A stretch of DNA of 63,795 nt, the filler included, from Dirinaria sp. TL-2023a (lineage: Eukaryota), in NCBI GenBank assembly GCA_051941275.1. It is 24 parts of 24 records of this genome, joined end to end, with 100 filler letters (N's around TTAATTAATTAA, not from the genome) between each part and the next. Parts side by side here need not be neighbours in the genome. Positions count along the whole stretch, not along the records: positions 50,754 to 53,293 come from JAVEBF010002265.1; positions 53,394 to 55,930 come from JAVEBF010002266.1; positions 56,031 to 58,556 come from JAVEBF010002267.1; positions 58,657 to 61,176 come from JAVEBF010002268.1; positions 61,277 to 63,795 come from JAVEBF010002269.1; 19 more parts are not named here. The stretch is one strand, 5' to 3'. Made by a program: the position numbers and the translations under genes. How positions within the stretch are numbered: the stretch's first letter is position 1; every line of letters begins with the position of its first letter. Below, one piece after another: positions 51,132 through 62,621 of the stretch. The notes beneath the pieces were generated by a model. The model searched no databases, was not told the origin of the DNA, and saw nothing but the letters and a program-made list of their open reading frames with translations.

Positions 51132-52780
51132 ATGGCAGCCGCCTTCACACGTCTGGCCTCGCATAGCGCGAAGCGCCTCTGTCTCCGACCCTCCGCCACC
51201 CCACGCTCGAAGCCCGTCCCACTGTCACAGGCTGTCAGATGCCTCTCAACCACCGTGCGTCGGCCAATGGCCGAAGTTGCAGAGACGGAAGGCACCAAGA
51301 TGATCCCCGTTGACGAAAAATTCGGGCACCCAATCAACCCTGACGAGCCACAACATATGAACCAACCCAGCGATGAGGGCGAATCAACAGAGAACCGCAA
51401 AATCAGACATTACACCGTCAATTTCGGACCACAGCATCCTGCTGCGCACGGCGTATTGCGGTTGATACTCGAGCTGAACGGGGAAGAGATTGTGCGCGCA
51501 GACCCGCATGTTGGCCTCCTGCACCGAGGCACGGAGAAATTGATCGAGTACAAGACGTATTTGCAAGCGCTGCCGTATTTCGACCGGTTGGATTATGTGT
51601 CGATGATGACCAACGAGCAATGCTTTTCGCTGGCGGTGGAGAAGCTATTGAATATCGAGATACCGACGCGGGCGAAATGGATCCGGACATTGTTTGGCGA
51701 GATCACGAGGATATTGAACCATTTGATGAGTGTGCTCAGCCACGCCATGGACGTTGGAGCATTGACCCCGTTCCTGTGGGGTTTCGAGGAAAGAGAAAAA
51801 CTTATGGTATACCCCTCCCTTCTTCCCCTCCCCCCAACCAATCACTTGCCCCGGACACCGCCTGGCTTATTTCACTACATGGAAGCTCACACCCAACCAG
51901 GAATTCTACGAGCGCGTCTCAGGCGCCCGGCTGCACGCTGCCTACGTCCGACCGGGTGGCGTACACTCCGATCTCCCCCTCGGCCTACTCGACGACATCT
52001 ACCAATGGGCAACTCAATTCGGGGACCGGATCGACGAAACCGAAGAGCTGCTAACGGACAACCGAATCTGGAAGGGACGAACGCAGGGTATAGGCGTCGT
52101 GTCGGCGGCCGACGCGCTCAACTACTCCTTCTCGGGCGTCATGCTGCGCGGCAGCGGGGTGCCGTGGGACGTGCGGAAATCGCAGCCCTACGACGCCTAC
52201 GACCAGGTGGAGTTCGACGTGCCGGTGGGCATCAACGGCGACTGCTACGACCGGTACCTGTGCCGGATGGAGGAGTTCCGGCAATCGCTGCGCATCATCC
52301 ACCAGTGCCTGAACAAGATGCCGCCGGGCCCCGTGCGCGTCGAAGACTACAAGGTGTCCCCCCCGCCCCGCGCCGCCATGAAGGAAAACATGGAGGCCCT
52401 GATCCACCATTTCTTGCTGTTTACAAAGGGCTACACGGTCCCGCCGGGCGAAACGTATTCCGCGATCGAGGCGCCGAAGGGGGAGATGGGCGTTTTCGTC
52501 GTCAGCGACGGCAGCGAGAGGCCCTACCGGTGCAAGATCCGCGCGCCAGGGTTCGCGCATCTGGGCAGCTTCGATCAGATCTCGCGCGGGCATTTGCTGG
52601 CGGATGCGGTGGCCATTATTGGGACTATGGATCTTGGTATGCCTTTTCTTCTTCCCCCTACCTCTTCCAACACCAATCACCCCCGTTCTATCACTTCCTC
52701 ATTAAAATAAAAAAAAAAAAACAATCATGCTAATACATTCCCCCGGTTTTATTGCAGTATTCGGAGAAGTAGATCGATGA
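51132..52780 (+). CDS. NDUFS2: NADH:ubiquinone oxidoreductase 49-kDa subunit (complex I), 3 exons
   Basis: [15 protein letters not shown] and LHRGTEKL...YFDRLDY motifs. Introns 51807-51900 and 52637-52757. Ends GTMDLVFGEVDR*. Confidence 0.96.
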
Positions 52781-53720
52781 TGATAGCATAGTGTCAGAAA
52801 GAAAAGGCCATACCGTCCAGGCAACCCCACAGGAGGCCATTTTGTATATACAATATCATCTCTTTCAATCTTTCAATCTAAAGAAAAATAAAAAAACAAC
52901 CCACTTCCCCCCCTTCTTCATCTTCTTCATCTTCCCTCTTCTCTGTTCTGTAGAAACGCAGTCAGCCCGATACCAGTATCAAAATCCTGTGTTAATCGGG
53001 CTGATATGCTAATATAGCGGTGAAAAGAGCGAAAAAGAGAGGGAGAGAAAGATGCTGCAACTCCTAGCTACTAGCACATAGAGATGTATGCATCTTAAGA
53101 GAGAAAAAAAAGAAATATGAAATATCAATTTTTCGCACACCACGAACCCCGTAGTCTGGTGATCTCAAGTATCTTACAACAATCTCAAAACGCTATGCAC
53201 TGTATGTATGTATGATGTATGTGTGTGAGAGCCTTATCAACAACAAAAACGAGGCGATCGATACCCTTCCACACCCCCGCCCCCCCACCCCCCNNNNNNN
53301 NNNNNNNNNNNNNNNNNNNNNNNNNNNNNNNNNNNNNTTAATTAATTAANNNNNNNNNNNNNNNNNNNNNNNNNNNNNNNNNNNNNNNNNNNNGATGGTT
53401 GGGGGGGAGGGATGAGAAGGACATTCTGTAGACTCTATTGCATGTCTTCTGAGCTTGTTCTGCAAAGTTTACGTATGTTGGTGTATTCATACCTTACACA
53501 GATAAGGCAAAGTAGTAGCCGAAAGCCCCCCTCATTTTGAGAGTAAACGAATACCCAAAAAAATAAACAAAAACAAAAAGCAACGCTGACCGCCCAAGAA
53601 CAAGATAAGATATATCGCTATTCATCGTACAAGATTAAAAACAAAAGAAAGATCGAGACGCCAAAAGCCCCCCTCCTCGCCAGAAAAAAAAAGCGACGAG
53701 CCCGAATTAAAAAACCGTCA

Positions 53721-55531
53721 TCACGCCATGGGGAAGTAATGCATGAACGGAGGCGTGGAGTACGCGCTCGACGCGGACGAGGAGGTCGAACTCAGCCGCT
53801 TTTCGGCATCCACGGCGAGCTGACGGCCATCGGGGTGCGGCGGCATCTTCAGATCCAGCGTCTGGATGATCGACGACGCGATGCCCGGCAGCGTCTCCTG
53901 GATCTTGGCAATCACCAGCGGCATGTAGCGGGACTCGCCGCTGCGCAGGGTCGAGATGAGCCGGATCAGCTGCGTCAGGTAGTCGAGGGGCCCGATCTCG
54001 AAGTTGGTCGCGTCGATGGGCACGCACGACATCACGTCGATGAGCGTGCAGGTCACGTCGAAGACTTTTTCTATCTTTTTTGGGACGGTTAGAAGGGGGG
54101 ATTTTTTTTTTTTTGGGAAGGGAAGAAAGTAAGAAGTTGTGAGAAAGACTTACGAGTCCTATGCCATGGATCTCCATCGATTGCTGGGAGAATTGGCTAG
54201 TGACCGCTACGAGGTCCTTGGCGATTTGGATGGGGTACGTGAAGGTCATGGAAGCATCGGGGGAAGAGGATGATAGATGGCCGTTGGCTATACAAAGCTG
54301 CCAGACTATTGTTCGGAGCCACTGCTGCGACGTCCGCAGATCGGCCGCCTGACTCTCCCTGGTGTCCAGATAGCCGGGGAGTGCCTCGTTCAGCTGCTGC
54401 TGCATCTGAGACAGCCAAAACGTCGAGCAGTCAGAGCGCGTCTTGTTCCACAGGCCGACGAATACATCATCAAACGGCCTGTAGAGGTTGACCAGGTGGC
54501 AGAAGCCAGCGATCGGGTTCGAAGGCTCCAAGTCGTGGATTGGGAGAACAATCGTCGCGTGGAGCGTGAGTGGCCGGTGTTTCTGGAGCGCGTATGCCCT
54601 GCCAAGATTACTGGTTTTAGCGAGTCCCGGCGTTGCCTTGATATATATATACTTGATGTAGAAGCACAAGGCATTGAGCAAAGCCACACGAGATGGTCAT
54701 CATACCTCTCGGTCACGAAGAGTAGCCAGAAAAGTCTTCTCTTCAATTCATTCTCCATAGGATCCCCGCTCGCATAGGTGCTCTCCTCTTGCATACCAAG
54801 TAATTGAGCCAATGCTGTCGCGTCCCGAAGATGGAGCCAAGCTGTATTGTGCTTGTTAAGACCGAAGCAGCATCCGAACAAGAAGAATGACGTGATGACG
54901 GCAGCAACCGTAGGATTCTCTACATAATCGATCCTTTTCCGGACCCGGACAGCCTCCTCCATGAACAACACGCCGAGAGCTGGGTTCGTAGACGGGCTGG
55001 GCGATCTGTTGCCGCTTCGGTATGGTTCCTGGTTGATCCCAGGTTGGATCATCATGAATGCTGACAGAGCAGAGAGCAGGCAGTATGCCTCGAAAGATCT
55101 GTCGACGTCGGCCCATCTTTGATCCACCTGTTTGCGATCCAGAACAGGCATGGTAGGGTACATATGGGCGAAGAAGAACTCGATACATTGGTTTGTGGTG
55201 TCGTGGGACAAGAGACCCGGGGTCCTGGGATTCTTGGGCGAGCTCGGCGGGCTGGCGTAGCTCTGGCTGGCCTGCTCGGCCTGCTTCTGAGTCTCACGAA
55301 GCTGTGAGATGACTTTGGCTCTGCTGCCTTTCGGGCCTTTTTTCTGTGGCACGGCGTCATAGGTACATACAAGGCCCGCCTGGCTGCAATTCTCGCAGGG
55401 CTGCCGGCTATTGCACCGCACCTGACAGATGATCAACGTTCGTTCTAGAAGAAACGCCGGAACTGATAGGCTGATACCTTACGACGGTGGCAGGCATCAC
55501 AGGCACGCTTCGACGCCGCATTTGAACTCAT
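53721..55531 (-). CDS. col-26: Zn(II)2Cys6 transcription factor, COL-26/BglR/AmyR-like, 4 exons
   Basis: KRACDACHRRK|VRC...PQKKGPKGSRAKVISQLRE and RRLFWLLFVTER|AYA. Introns 55422-55477, 54599-54705 and 54075-54153. Confidence 0.8.
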
Positions 55532-56030
55532 GTTACGAGGGGGTGGGAACAGTCGTCGGAGGTTCACACGAGGCACAAGGAAACATGAGTAGTACAGACA
55601 TGACCTTTCGGCAATTTGTAAAGGGTTTTGGCTTCTCTATAACCACCCAGCTCTCACCCTTTTTCTTGTTTGATAATGAGTAATTACGACTCCGAGGCGT
55701 CTGGTTGTGTAGGCTTGCATTGGCAGTACGCGAATAGGACTACTTGATAACACTAGATCGGACATCGCAGCCTTGCTGGGCTTGGGACGATGGAATGACA
55801 GGCATTCTATTATTTGTAAAAGGCGATGCATGAAAATGAGCGGAAATTTTTCATAGGCGTTGCTTGGGGTGTAGCAGTAGGGGGCCAATAATGGAGGAGG
55901 CAAACGAGAATGCATCGGACTGCGCTCGGCNNNNNNNNNNNNNNNNNNNNNNNNNNNNNNNNNNNNNNNNNNNNTTAATTAATTAANNNNNNNNNNNNNN
56001 NNNNNNNNNNNNNNNNNNNNNNNNNNNNNN

Positions 56031-56823
56031 TTGGTATCGCCCCACCCTTAAGGCTGCTGCCTGCAGCTCCACCGACAATACTATGAAGCCTGCAGATAAC
56101 TCAACCGGGAATTTTTATCAAGGCATTCCAAACGGCGCCGACGACGTGGCAGATTCAATTTCCGTCGTAGCATTGCTAACCGAAGCTGGCCAAGTGCACG
56201 TATCGTCAGATAGCAACAGCAAATTCTTCAATGATCAGTCTGAGACCAATGCATGGGCTGTAGATATGGGTACGGGAAAACAGACATTCAGCTTGACCCG
56301 GAGCGGGACCACTGTGCTCAGGGGCGCCAGTTTGAAGGACATCAGCGCACACTGCATATGCGGGATTTACAATTTCAACGCCTATGTTGGATCATTACCC
56401 GCCACTCAACCAGATTCCTTGCAGTCGCCGGATGGCTTTCAGGGGTTTAGCTCTGGCCTCTCACGGGGTATCTGTCAGCCTACACCCTCGCTGGGTACTG
56501 CTTCAGCTGTTGGCACAGCACCTACTGGTAAAGAGACTGCTAGTAATTCTTCATCTAATCCACCCTCCAATGCCCCGGTTTCGCATTCAGCATCTCAAAG
56601 CTCCCATCCAGTAACCCGTACTCAATCTTCAGCTAAATACCCAGCAACATCTCAAGTAGTCAATGCTACTGCTCCATCATCGGCCATCATATCGGCAAGC
56701 CCCCTATCCACGTTAGCATCACCCCCATCGAAAACCACGATTAACCCTGACACAGGTGGTACTAAAATCACAGCGCTAAGCCAACTTTATCCAACAAATT
56801 GCATGAGACCGAGTCAGATCTAG
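56031..56823 (+). CDS. GH71 alpha-1,3-glucanase (mutanase), C-terminal part (5' truncated)
   Basis: WYRP..., G.PNG....DS..VVALL, G.Q.F.L.R.G and CICGIYNFNAYVG, followed by a Ser/Thr/Pro linker. Confidence 0.85.
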
Positions 56824-58359
56824 GCTGGACCAGCTGAAGCTGATCCTTCAGCTCGGTGTGCTAGCACATGATGAGGTCTGGATTCAGGGACTTGCGAGTG
56901 ATCTACCAATCTACTCTCAATTGTACATACTTATTAGGTCTACTGAAATATACATCGTTAATCTGATCTCACGTTCTACATTTAGAATAGGTGAGTCTTT
57001 CAATCGAAAGATCATTCTTTGATACTGCATCACCAATTCGCTCAACCCACCCATTAAAAAAAACACAACCCCCCCTTTCCCTCCCCAAAGCCTCCTCTCT
57101 ATCAATAATCCAGAAATCATACCCCCATCAATCAAAACACTTTCGAGGCCGCATATCTGTCATTTCGCAGAGTTCTCTAGATACCTTTGCTACACAACCC
57201 GTCAAGGCATCAGCAGTAATAGACATGTGAGCCCTCTTTTGAAGCCCAAAACTCTATTTCAAAACAAGCAGTAACCTCATCCGAGCTTAAAACACAAATT
57301 TAAGTATAGTAAGCATATGTAGATAGAAAGAGAGTCACCAATACGAAATTAGCCTCTTCTTCTTATAACAGCCACCCAATGAAATCCCATAACCAGACGT
57401 TTTTTCGGAGTACAGAGTAATAGTAATATATGTGACAAATTCAGAAGGAATTTCTATTTTTTTTTTTTTCAAAAAAAAAAAAATAAGTATATATATATAT
57501 ATCTCTCTCCTGTAACGCAAAGCATAGATAGCTACAGCAATGTCCCGGCTACCCTATACAGTGGCTGATTTTTATCTCTCGTATCTCGTCGACTAAGACC
57601 GAGTTGGAATTCTGAAGAGGCGACGCTTCTTGATTGGGCTTTTTGTAAGGTTGGTTTTGGTTGTGCTTTTTCTTTTCTTTTTTTCCCTTAGTTTATAAAA
57701 AAAAACTTTCAATCTTTTTCTTTCGATAATAGCGTATAGATTAAATTGTAGAAATCTGGCTAGTGGAATAAGAGCATGTGGAAATGGGGTTTTTCCGTGG
57801 ATGGATATTCTGATGAATAAGTCATGTGTGAGCGGTATAGCTAGCTCATAGGTTTATGATTATTTTTGCAAGACTTTTAGATATTCGAAGGAAAAAAATT
57901 TTTTGGGGGGGGGGGGAAGGAATGGATGCTTAGCGTTCTTATCAGTGTAAAAGAAAAGGTAAAACAGCTCAATGATCAAAAAAGAAAACCTTCGAAAGAA
58001 ATATATCTCTTATCACTAGATCAAAAAAGGATAAAAAAAAAATCACAATCATACAGCATCCCTGTTCTAAACCCGATCCCAATCCCAGCAAAACCCCACG
58101 AAAAAAAAAAAAAAAATCAAAGAATCAGCTCCGCTGCTACGAGTCGTTCCGTGAGAATGAATTCCTAATCTATATCCAGCGTAGTCAGCAGCTTTCGGTT
58201 TTCTCTGTCTGGATATCTTCTATTCATACTTTAGAGTAGACTTATATTTGCATTCTTTATAAGTATATCTAAAGAGATACAAAGCTCAGCCAAATCACTT
58301 TCAAAAAAAAAAAAAAAAAGTGGACTTCCTTGACCAACCGCACCCCTTTTATTCAAACT

Positions 58360-58556
58360 TGTAACAACGATACTTGATATGTTGGTATATTGGGATATAT
58401 TGACCAACAGAGCCTAGCGCCGCCTGAGCGCCGACGCAGCCCGGGGATAAACACCCCTGAGTGCGGGTATAACTAGCGCCGCCGAAGATTCGGCGCTAGG
58501 AAAGTCAAGATCTTCATCTGAGCATAGGCCAAAAAGAAGTCTGCGCATATAAGTAT
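58360..58556 (+). mobile_element. 5' part of LTR family D (contig edge)
   Basis: TGTAACAACGATACTTGATA...TATATTGACCAA...CTAGCGCCGC matches the reverse complement of ~59100-59249. Confidence 0.65.
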
Positions 58557-58656
58557 NNNNNNNNNNNNNNNNNNNNNNNNNNNNNNNNNNNNNNNNNNNN
58601 TTAATTAATTAANNNNNNNNNNNNNNNNNNNNNNNNNNNNNNNNNNNNNNNNNNNN

Positions 58657-59249
58657 ATATTCGAGCTGTTGTTTGACTCAGCGTCGTTTGATAAAGTCGC
58701 GGCGACGAGAAACGAGCGATCGCTCGAAACGATTTCAAAATCGTCTTTCGATTGTTGAGACTCTGACATTTCACGCGAAAACGTCATCACTATTACACTT
58801 CGAGTCTTTTTCTTCAAAAGATTGAAGTGATTAGAACTGTAAGATCGTATGCGTCGATTACTCGTCGACGCAGTACTTGTGTGAAAGACGTGATAGTGTA
58901 ATAAATTATATGACTATCTGATACTGCAGTTTCTGCTAGAATTAATCACTAAGAACTCTTTTCGAAAGAGTGAGTGATTCTCTATACTTAATCGCGAGCG
59001 TTAACATTATCTCATCATGACGAGTCTCGCGCTGACGAGTCACGAGCGCTCGTAGACACAATGCTCTATAAGCGTCAATCGTTCACTGACTTCTAGTTAG
59101 TCTCGGGATTCAACCTTCCGACGCTGACTTCTAGACGGCGCTAGCCATGCTTCAGACCCCGAAGGATTGCCCCTGGGCACCCCCGGCTGCCAAGCGGCGC
59201 TAGCCTGCATTGGTCAATATATACCAATGTATCAGGTATCACTGTTACA
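58657..59249 (-). mobile_element. LTR family D (~58880-59249) plus start of the mutated internal region
   Basis: Minus strand begins TGTAACAGTGATACCTGATAC. The outer part is GC-rich and the inner part is CC/GG-depleted. Confidence 0.6.
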
Positions 59250-59539
59250 CTAGACTAGCTAGCTTTTCTGATATATAGACGGTCCTTCTGGATCTGGGCA
59301 ACTGTTGCGTCTTCTACTATCAACCTAGGTTTCCAGGTATCTAATAAGAGATGCTAGGGTTTGATCTGTTGGAGAGGTCCAGTCCAGGAGCAACGGGTGT
59401 CAACGTGATAGGGCAAGTATCACACAAGATAGGTACTTAGTACTTGTAACAGTAGTAGACAAGTTAACTGAGATTGAACACGATGTCAGAAGAGCGTCGT
59501 GTTAGAGATCTATATAGTAGTCCTCCTGCGCTAAATGCT

Positions 59540-59627
59540 CAAGATGTTCAAGTATCAGGTCCTCTTGAACTACTTGGACTGATCAAGATGTTTAAGCATC
59601 AGGTCCCCTTGAACTACTTAAACTGAT
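59540..59627. repeat. Tandem repeat, 2 x 44 bp, inside a probable further LTR starting TGTAACA at ~59445
   Basis: CAAGATGTTCAAGTATCAGGTCCTCTTGAACTACTTGGACTGAT / CAAGATGTTTAAGCATCAGGTCCCCTTGAACTACTTAAACTGAT. Confidence 0.8.
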
Positions 59628-60331
59628 CACGTGATCATCAAGTCCAAGCGCCAAGAAGATGCGCCTCCTTGATCATGGTGCGTCCCTGTTCCTCAGGCTA
59701 TCGCATAAAGATAGGTCATAGCATAGGGTCGCAGCAGCAACTCAGACTTTTACACACTCATTTGCTCACTTTTTTGGACGTTGCTCATTGACACGCAACA
59801 TTATCAGTGACTCAGTTCTGAAAATAATTGACAAATTTTTGAGATTGTGCTCTCTGCGTATTTTTAGTAATTTGATTTCTCGATATGAGTGATCGCAACG
59901 TCGTTGACACGATATTGTAAATGAAGACTCGAGCGTTTTCGATAAAAATGATTGTGTCGATGACGTTTATAAAATCGTTGATTTGATGAGTCTTTTGAAT
60001 TATCTCTCTTGATAAATTCGACGATGACGTCAGCTTGAACAGCTCTCGAGACAGTGTAAAGTAAGTGAGTGAGTGATTAAAAAACGAAGATTTGTCGATC
60101 GAACAAAACGAATTGAGAATTGAGAGAGATAATCGAGCTGAATCGTTTGCACGATTTGAAAAAATAGAACGTTTACACGATCTATCAAGTTAATAACAAA
60201 AACAGAGCTGAGAATGATGATTGATATGCGAGTCGATGAATATCATCGTCTTGTTAATACTATTATCTATTGAGAAAATCATGATGTGAAAGAAAGATAA
60301 TTTTCATTTGATGAGACAATTGTTCTCTAAG

Positions 60332-60580
60332 TGTTACGAGCCTGGCTCTCACTGTTGTTACCCGGGTCATTTTCTACAAGGTTTTTATGTGTGGTGTTGA
60401 GTTTTGACCTGATCGGGGTTAGCGCATCCGGAGTGGTGGTCGGTCCGGCCGATCAGGGTCCAACGCCCACACATCCATATTATGCCTGGTTCCAGTTCAT
60501 AGATTTCTTTTCTTCTTCATGCTTTGTGTATTTAGTTGATAGCATCTGCATAGATCATACATTCTGCACCGGTCCTGACA
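60332..60580 (+). mobile_element. Short LTR (family C) within mutated TE DNA
   Basis: TGTTACGAGC...CTGCACCGGTCCTGACA, a GC-rich island flanked by CC/GG-free sequence. Confidence 0.7.
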
Positions 60581-61176
60581 GCAAGTGTGCAAAAAGAAGA
60601 ATCGATCGATATTCAATTAGTTAATGCGATCGCATTCAATATGCTCTCACAAAGAGAACGCCGCAATAAGAAAGATCTCAAACTATTCTTTCTTACTATG
60701 TCACAGTTAGATCGAGAACTTCGTCGTCGCTTCAACATCGCGAAGAAAGATAATGTCGAGTCGTCAATATCATCAATGACGATGAAGAATATCATTAAAC
60801 TGATTCTCTCGAAGTATAAAGATTTAGCTGAAGCATTCGATTCTAAAAAAGTAAAGAAGCTATCTTCTCATAAACTCTATGATCACAAAATCGAGCTCAT
60901 CGATGATTTCAATCAACTATCTAAGAGTCGAGTCTATTCTATTTCGAACTACAAGCTTCAGAAGTTAAAGAAGTATCTGAATGAAAATCTCAAAAAGAGC
61001 TTCATCAGTTCGAGTTATGCTTCTTATGCTTTCTCGATATTGTTTGTCGTCAAGTCTAATGAAGAACTACGAGTTTGCGTTGACTATCGCAGACTGAATG
61101 CAATTATCAGAAGAAATCGATATTCTATATCTCTTATTAAGAAGACTCTTGTCAAAGTCATAGAATGTAAGTATAT
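60581..61176 (+). mobile_element. Ty3/gypsy reverse transcriptase N-terminal region, hypermutated
   Basis: HKLYDHKIEL...LKKYLNENLKKSFISSS...AFSILFVVKSNEELRVCVDYRRLNAIIRRNRYSISLI. Confidence 0.9.
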
Positions 61177-61605
61177 NNNNNNNNNNNNNNNNNNNNNNNN
61201 NNNNNNNNNNNNNNNNNNNNTTAATTAATTAANNNNNNNNNNNNNNNNNNNNNNNNNNNNNNNNNNNNNNNNNNNNCTGGAAATCTCTGCCATAGCATTT
61301 TCCTCCTTTCAATGCCAAAATTACTATCCCATTAGTTGTCTCCCACTGCATATATTCCAATATGAAGGCTGCTATAACGACTGCTTGGGTTATTGGCTCC
61401 TTCATAGCTAAGATCTATGAGTGTTTAGATGAATTACATGCAAGAATCCTGTCTGCGGTCTGTTTGTGGAGTTCATAGTAAGAGATTTTGTCATCCTCTT
61501 TGTATAGCTTAGTTACGTTTCGGCCAAGCGAAAAAGATAAGATGAAAGATCGGCCGAAATCGCGGCCATTGCACTTTATGCTCGAAGAAGATAGCCAGCT
61601 ATTAG

Positions 61606-61988
61606 TGTCATGAACCTGAACTGAAAGCACCTTTGTGAAGGACCCTGAGGACCCTGGTTTTTTGGCACTATCCCCGTTTAGGCGTGTTTACTCGCAGTGC
61701 CGCCGGACCCCCTATTTGTTTGCACCTCCTGTACTTGGATTTCTTCTTCTTTTCCTTCTTTTTCTTCCTTAGATTTAGTCTCCTAGTCTACTATTACCCA
61801 CATGCCTATGTTTGCTGTGCAGGCCATGACATTAATATCACGATCCTGGAACACTAAGTAGTAGAATAGGCAACCAAGTCGCTGACTTGGTCTAGTTGGT
61901 CTTTTGGTAACTACCTTACTTTGGTTGGGTCTTTTCCTGGGACGCTAACTATGGGAAACCTATTCAACTGTAGTTTGGGGTCTTGACA
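61606..61988 (+). mobile_element. Composite solo LTR (family B 61606-61831 + TTAA + family A-like 61836-61988) with ATTAG target-site duplication
   Basis: ATTAG at 61601-61605 and 61989-61993, TG...CA termini, and halves homologous to 38994-39241 and 38858-38989. Confidence 0.75.
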
Positions 61989-62621
61989 ATTAGTTTGAAG
62001 CCTGCGATGACTCAACGCGTTGGGTGTGATATCGATGAAGCTTTGATGATGGTTTGATTCTGTAAGAGGGTTTGTAGACTTAAATAACATACTTAGCTTT
62101 AGGCCATGCATCTGGCAAAGTCACGCTCTTTGAGTTCAACTTTCTTGAAATGAACAAATAACAATCTTATTACTTTGCAGCAGAGATGTCAGAGGTGGGT
62201 AGAATTTATGAAGATTGTAACTTCCCGTTAACTGTGCTAAACATTTTCGAGGCATTACGAAGCCTTAGAGAAAACTCTTAGATATTACGGGACTCTTCTT
62301 GACTTGATCTAGAACATTGCATCATTCTGAGTTTCAAAACAGGTTTTGCTTTGAATTTAAGTACTATCTCCGATCTGAATTTCGATCGTTTGAAGAGATT
62401 CAGCATATGTTTTAATATTAGGTCGATACGTCGAAGATACACTTGATATTATCACATGAATGATCTGACAGCATGTGAATCTATGTGTCATATTCGACTT
62501 GTTATTGTGAGCTGTCTAATATATCAATCAGTATTAAAGATACGATCAAGATCAGTTCTCTAACTGCTACATAATAACAGGTCGCGAAGCTCACGCGATT
62601 CCAACTCAGGAGACGGGAATA

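Noticed and set aside
50907..52733. 608-aa ORF suggesting an extended or frameshifted NDUFS2
   Set aside because: It reads through the 94-bp intron 51807-51900 into the wrong frame. Normal splicing gives the canonical protein.
42819..56823. Apparent metabolic cluster (TRP4, methyltransferase, acyl-CoA synthetase, Zn2Cys6 TF, GH71)
   Set aside because: Each gene is on a different contig and the order reflects contig length only.
2614..61276. Regularly spaced TTAATTAATTAA palindrome as a CRISPR-like or biological periodic repeat
   Set aside because: It is embedded in N runs of fixed length and is a standard six-frame-stop linker added during concatenation.
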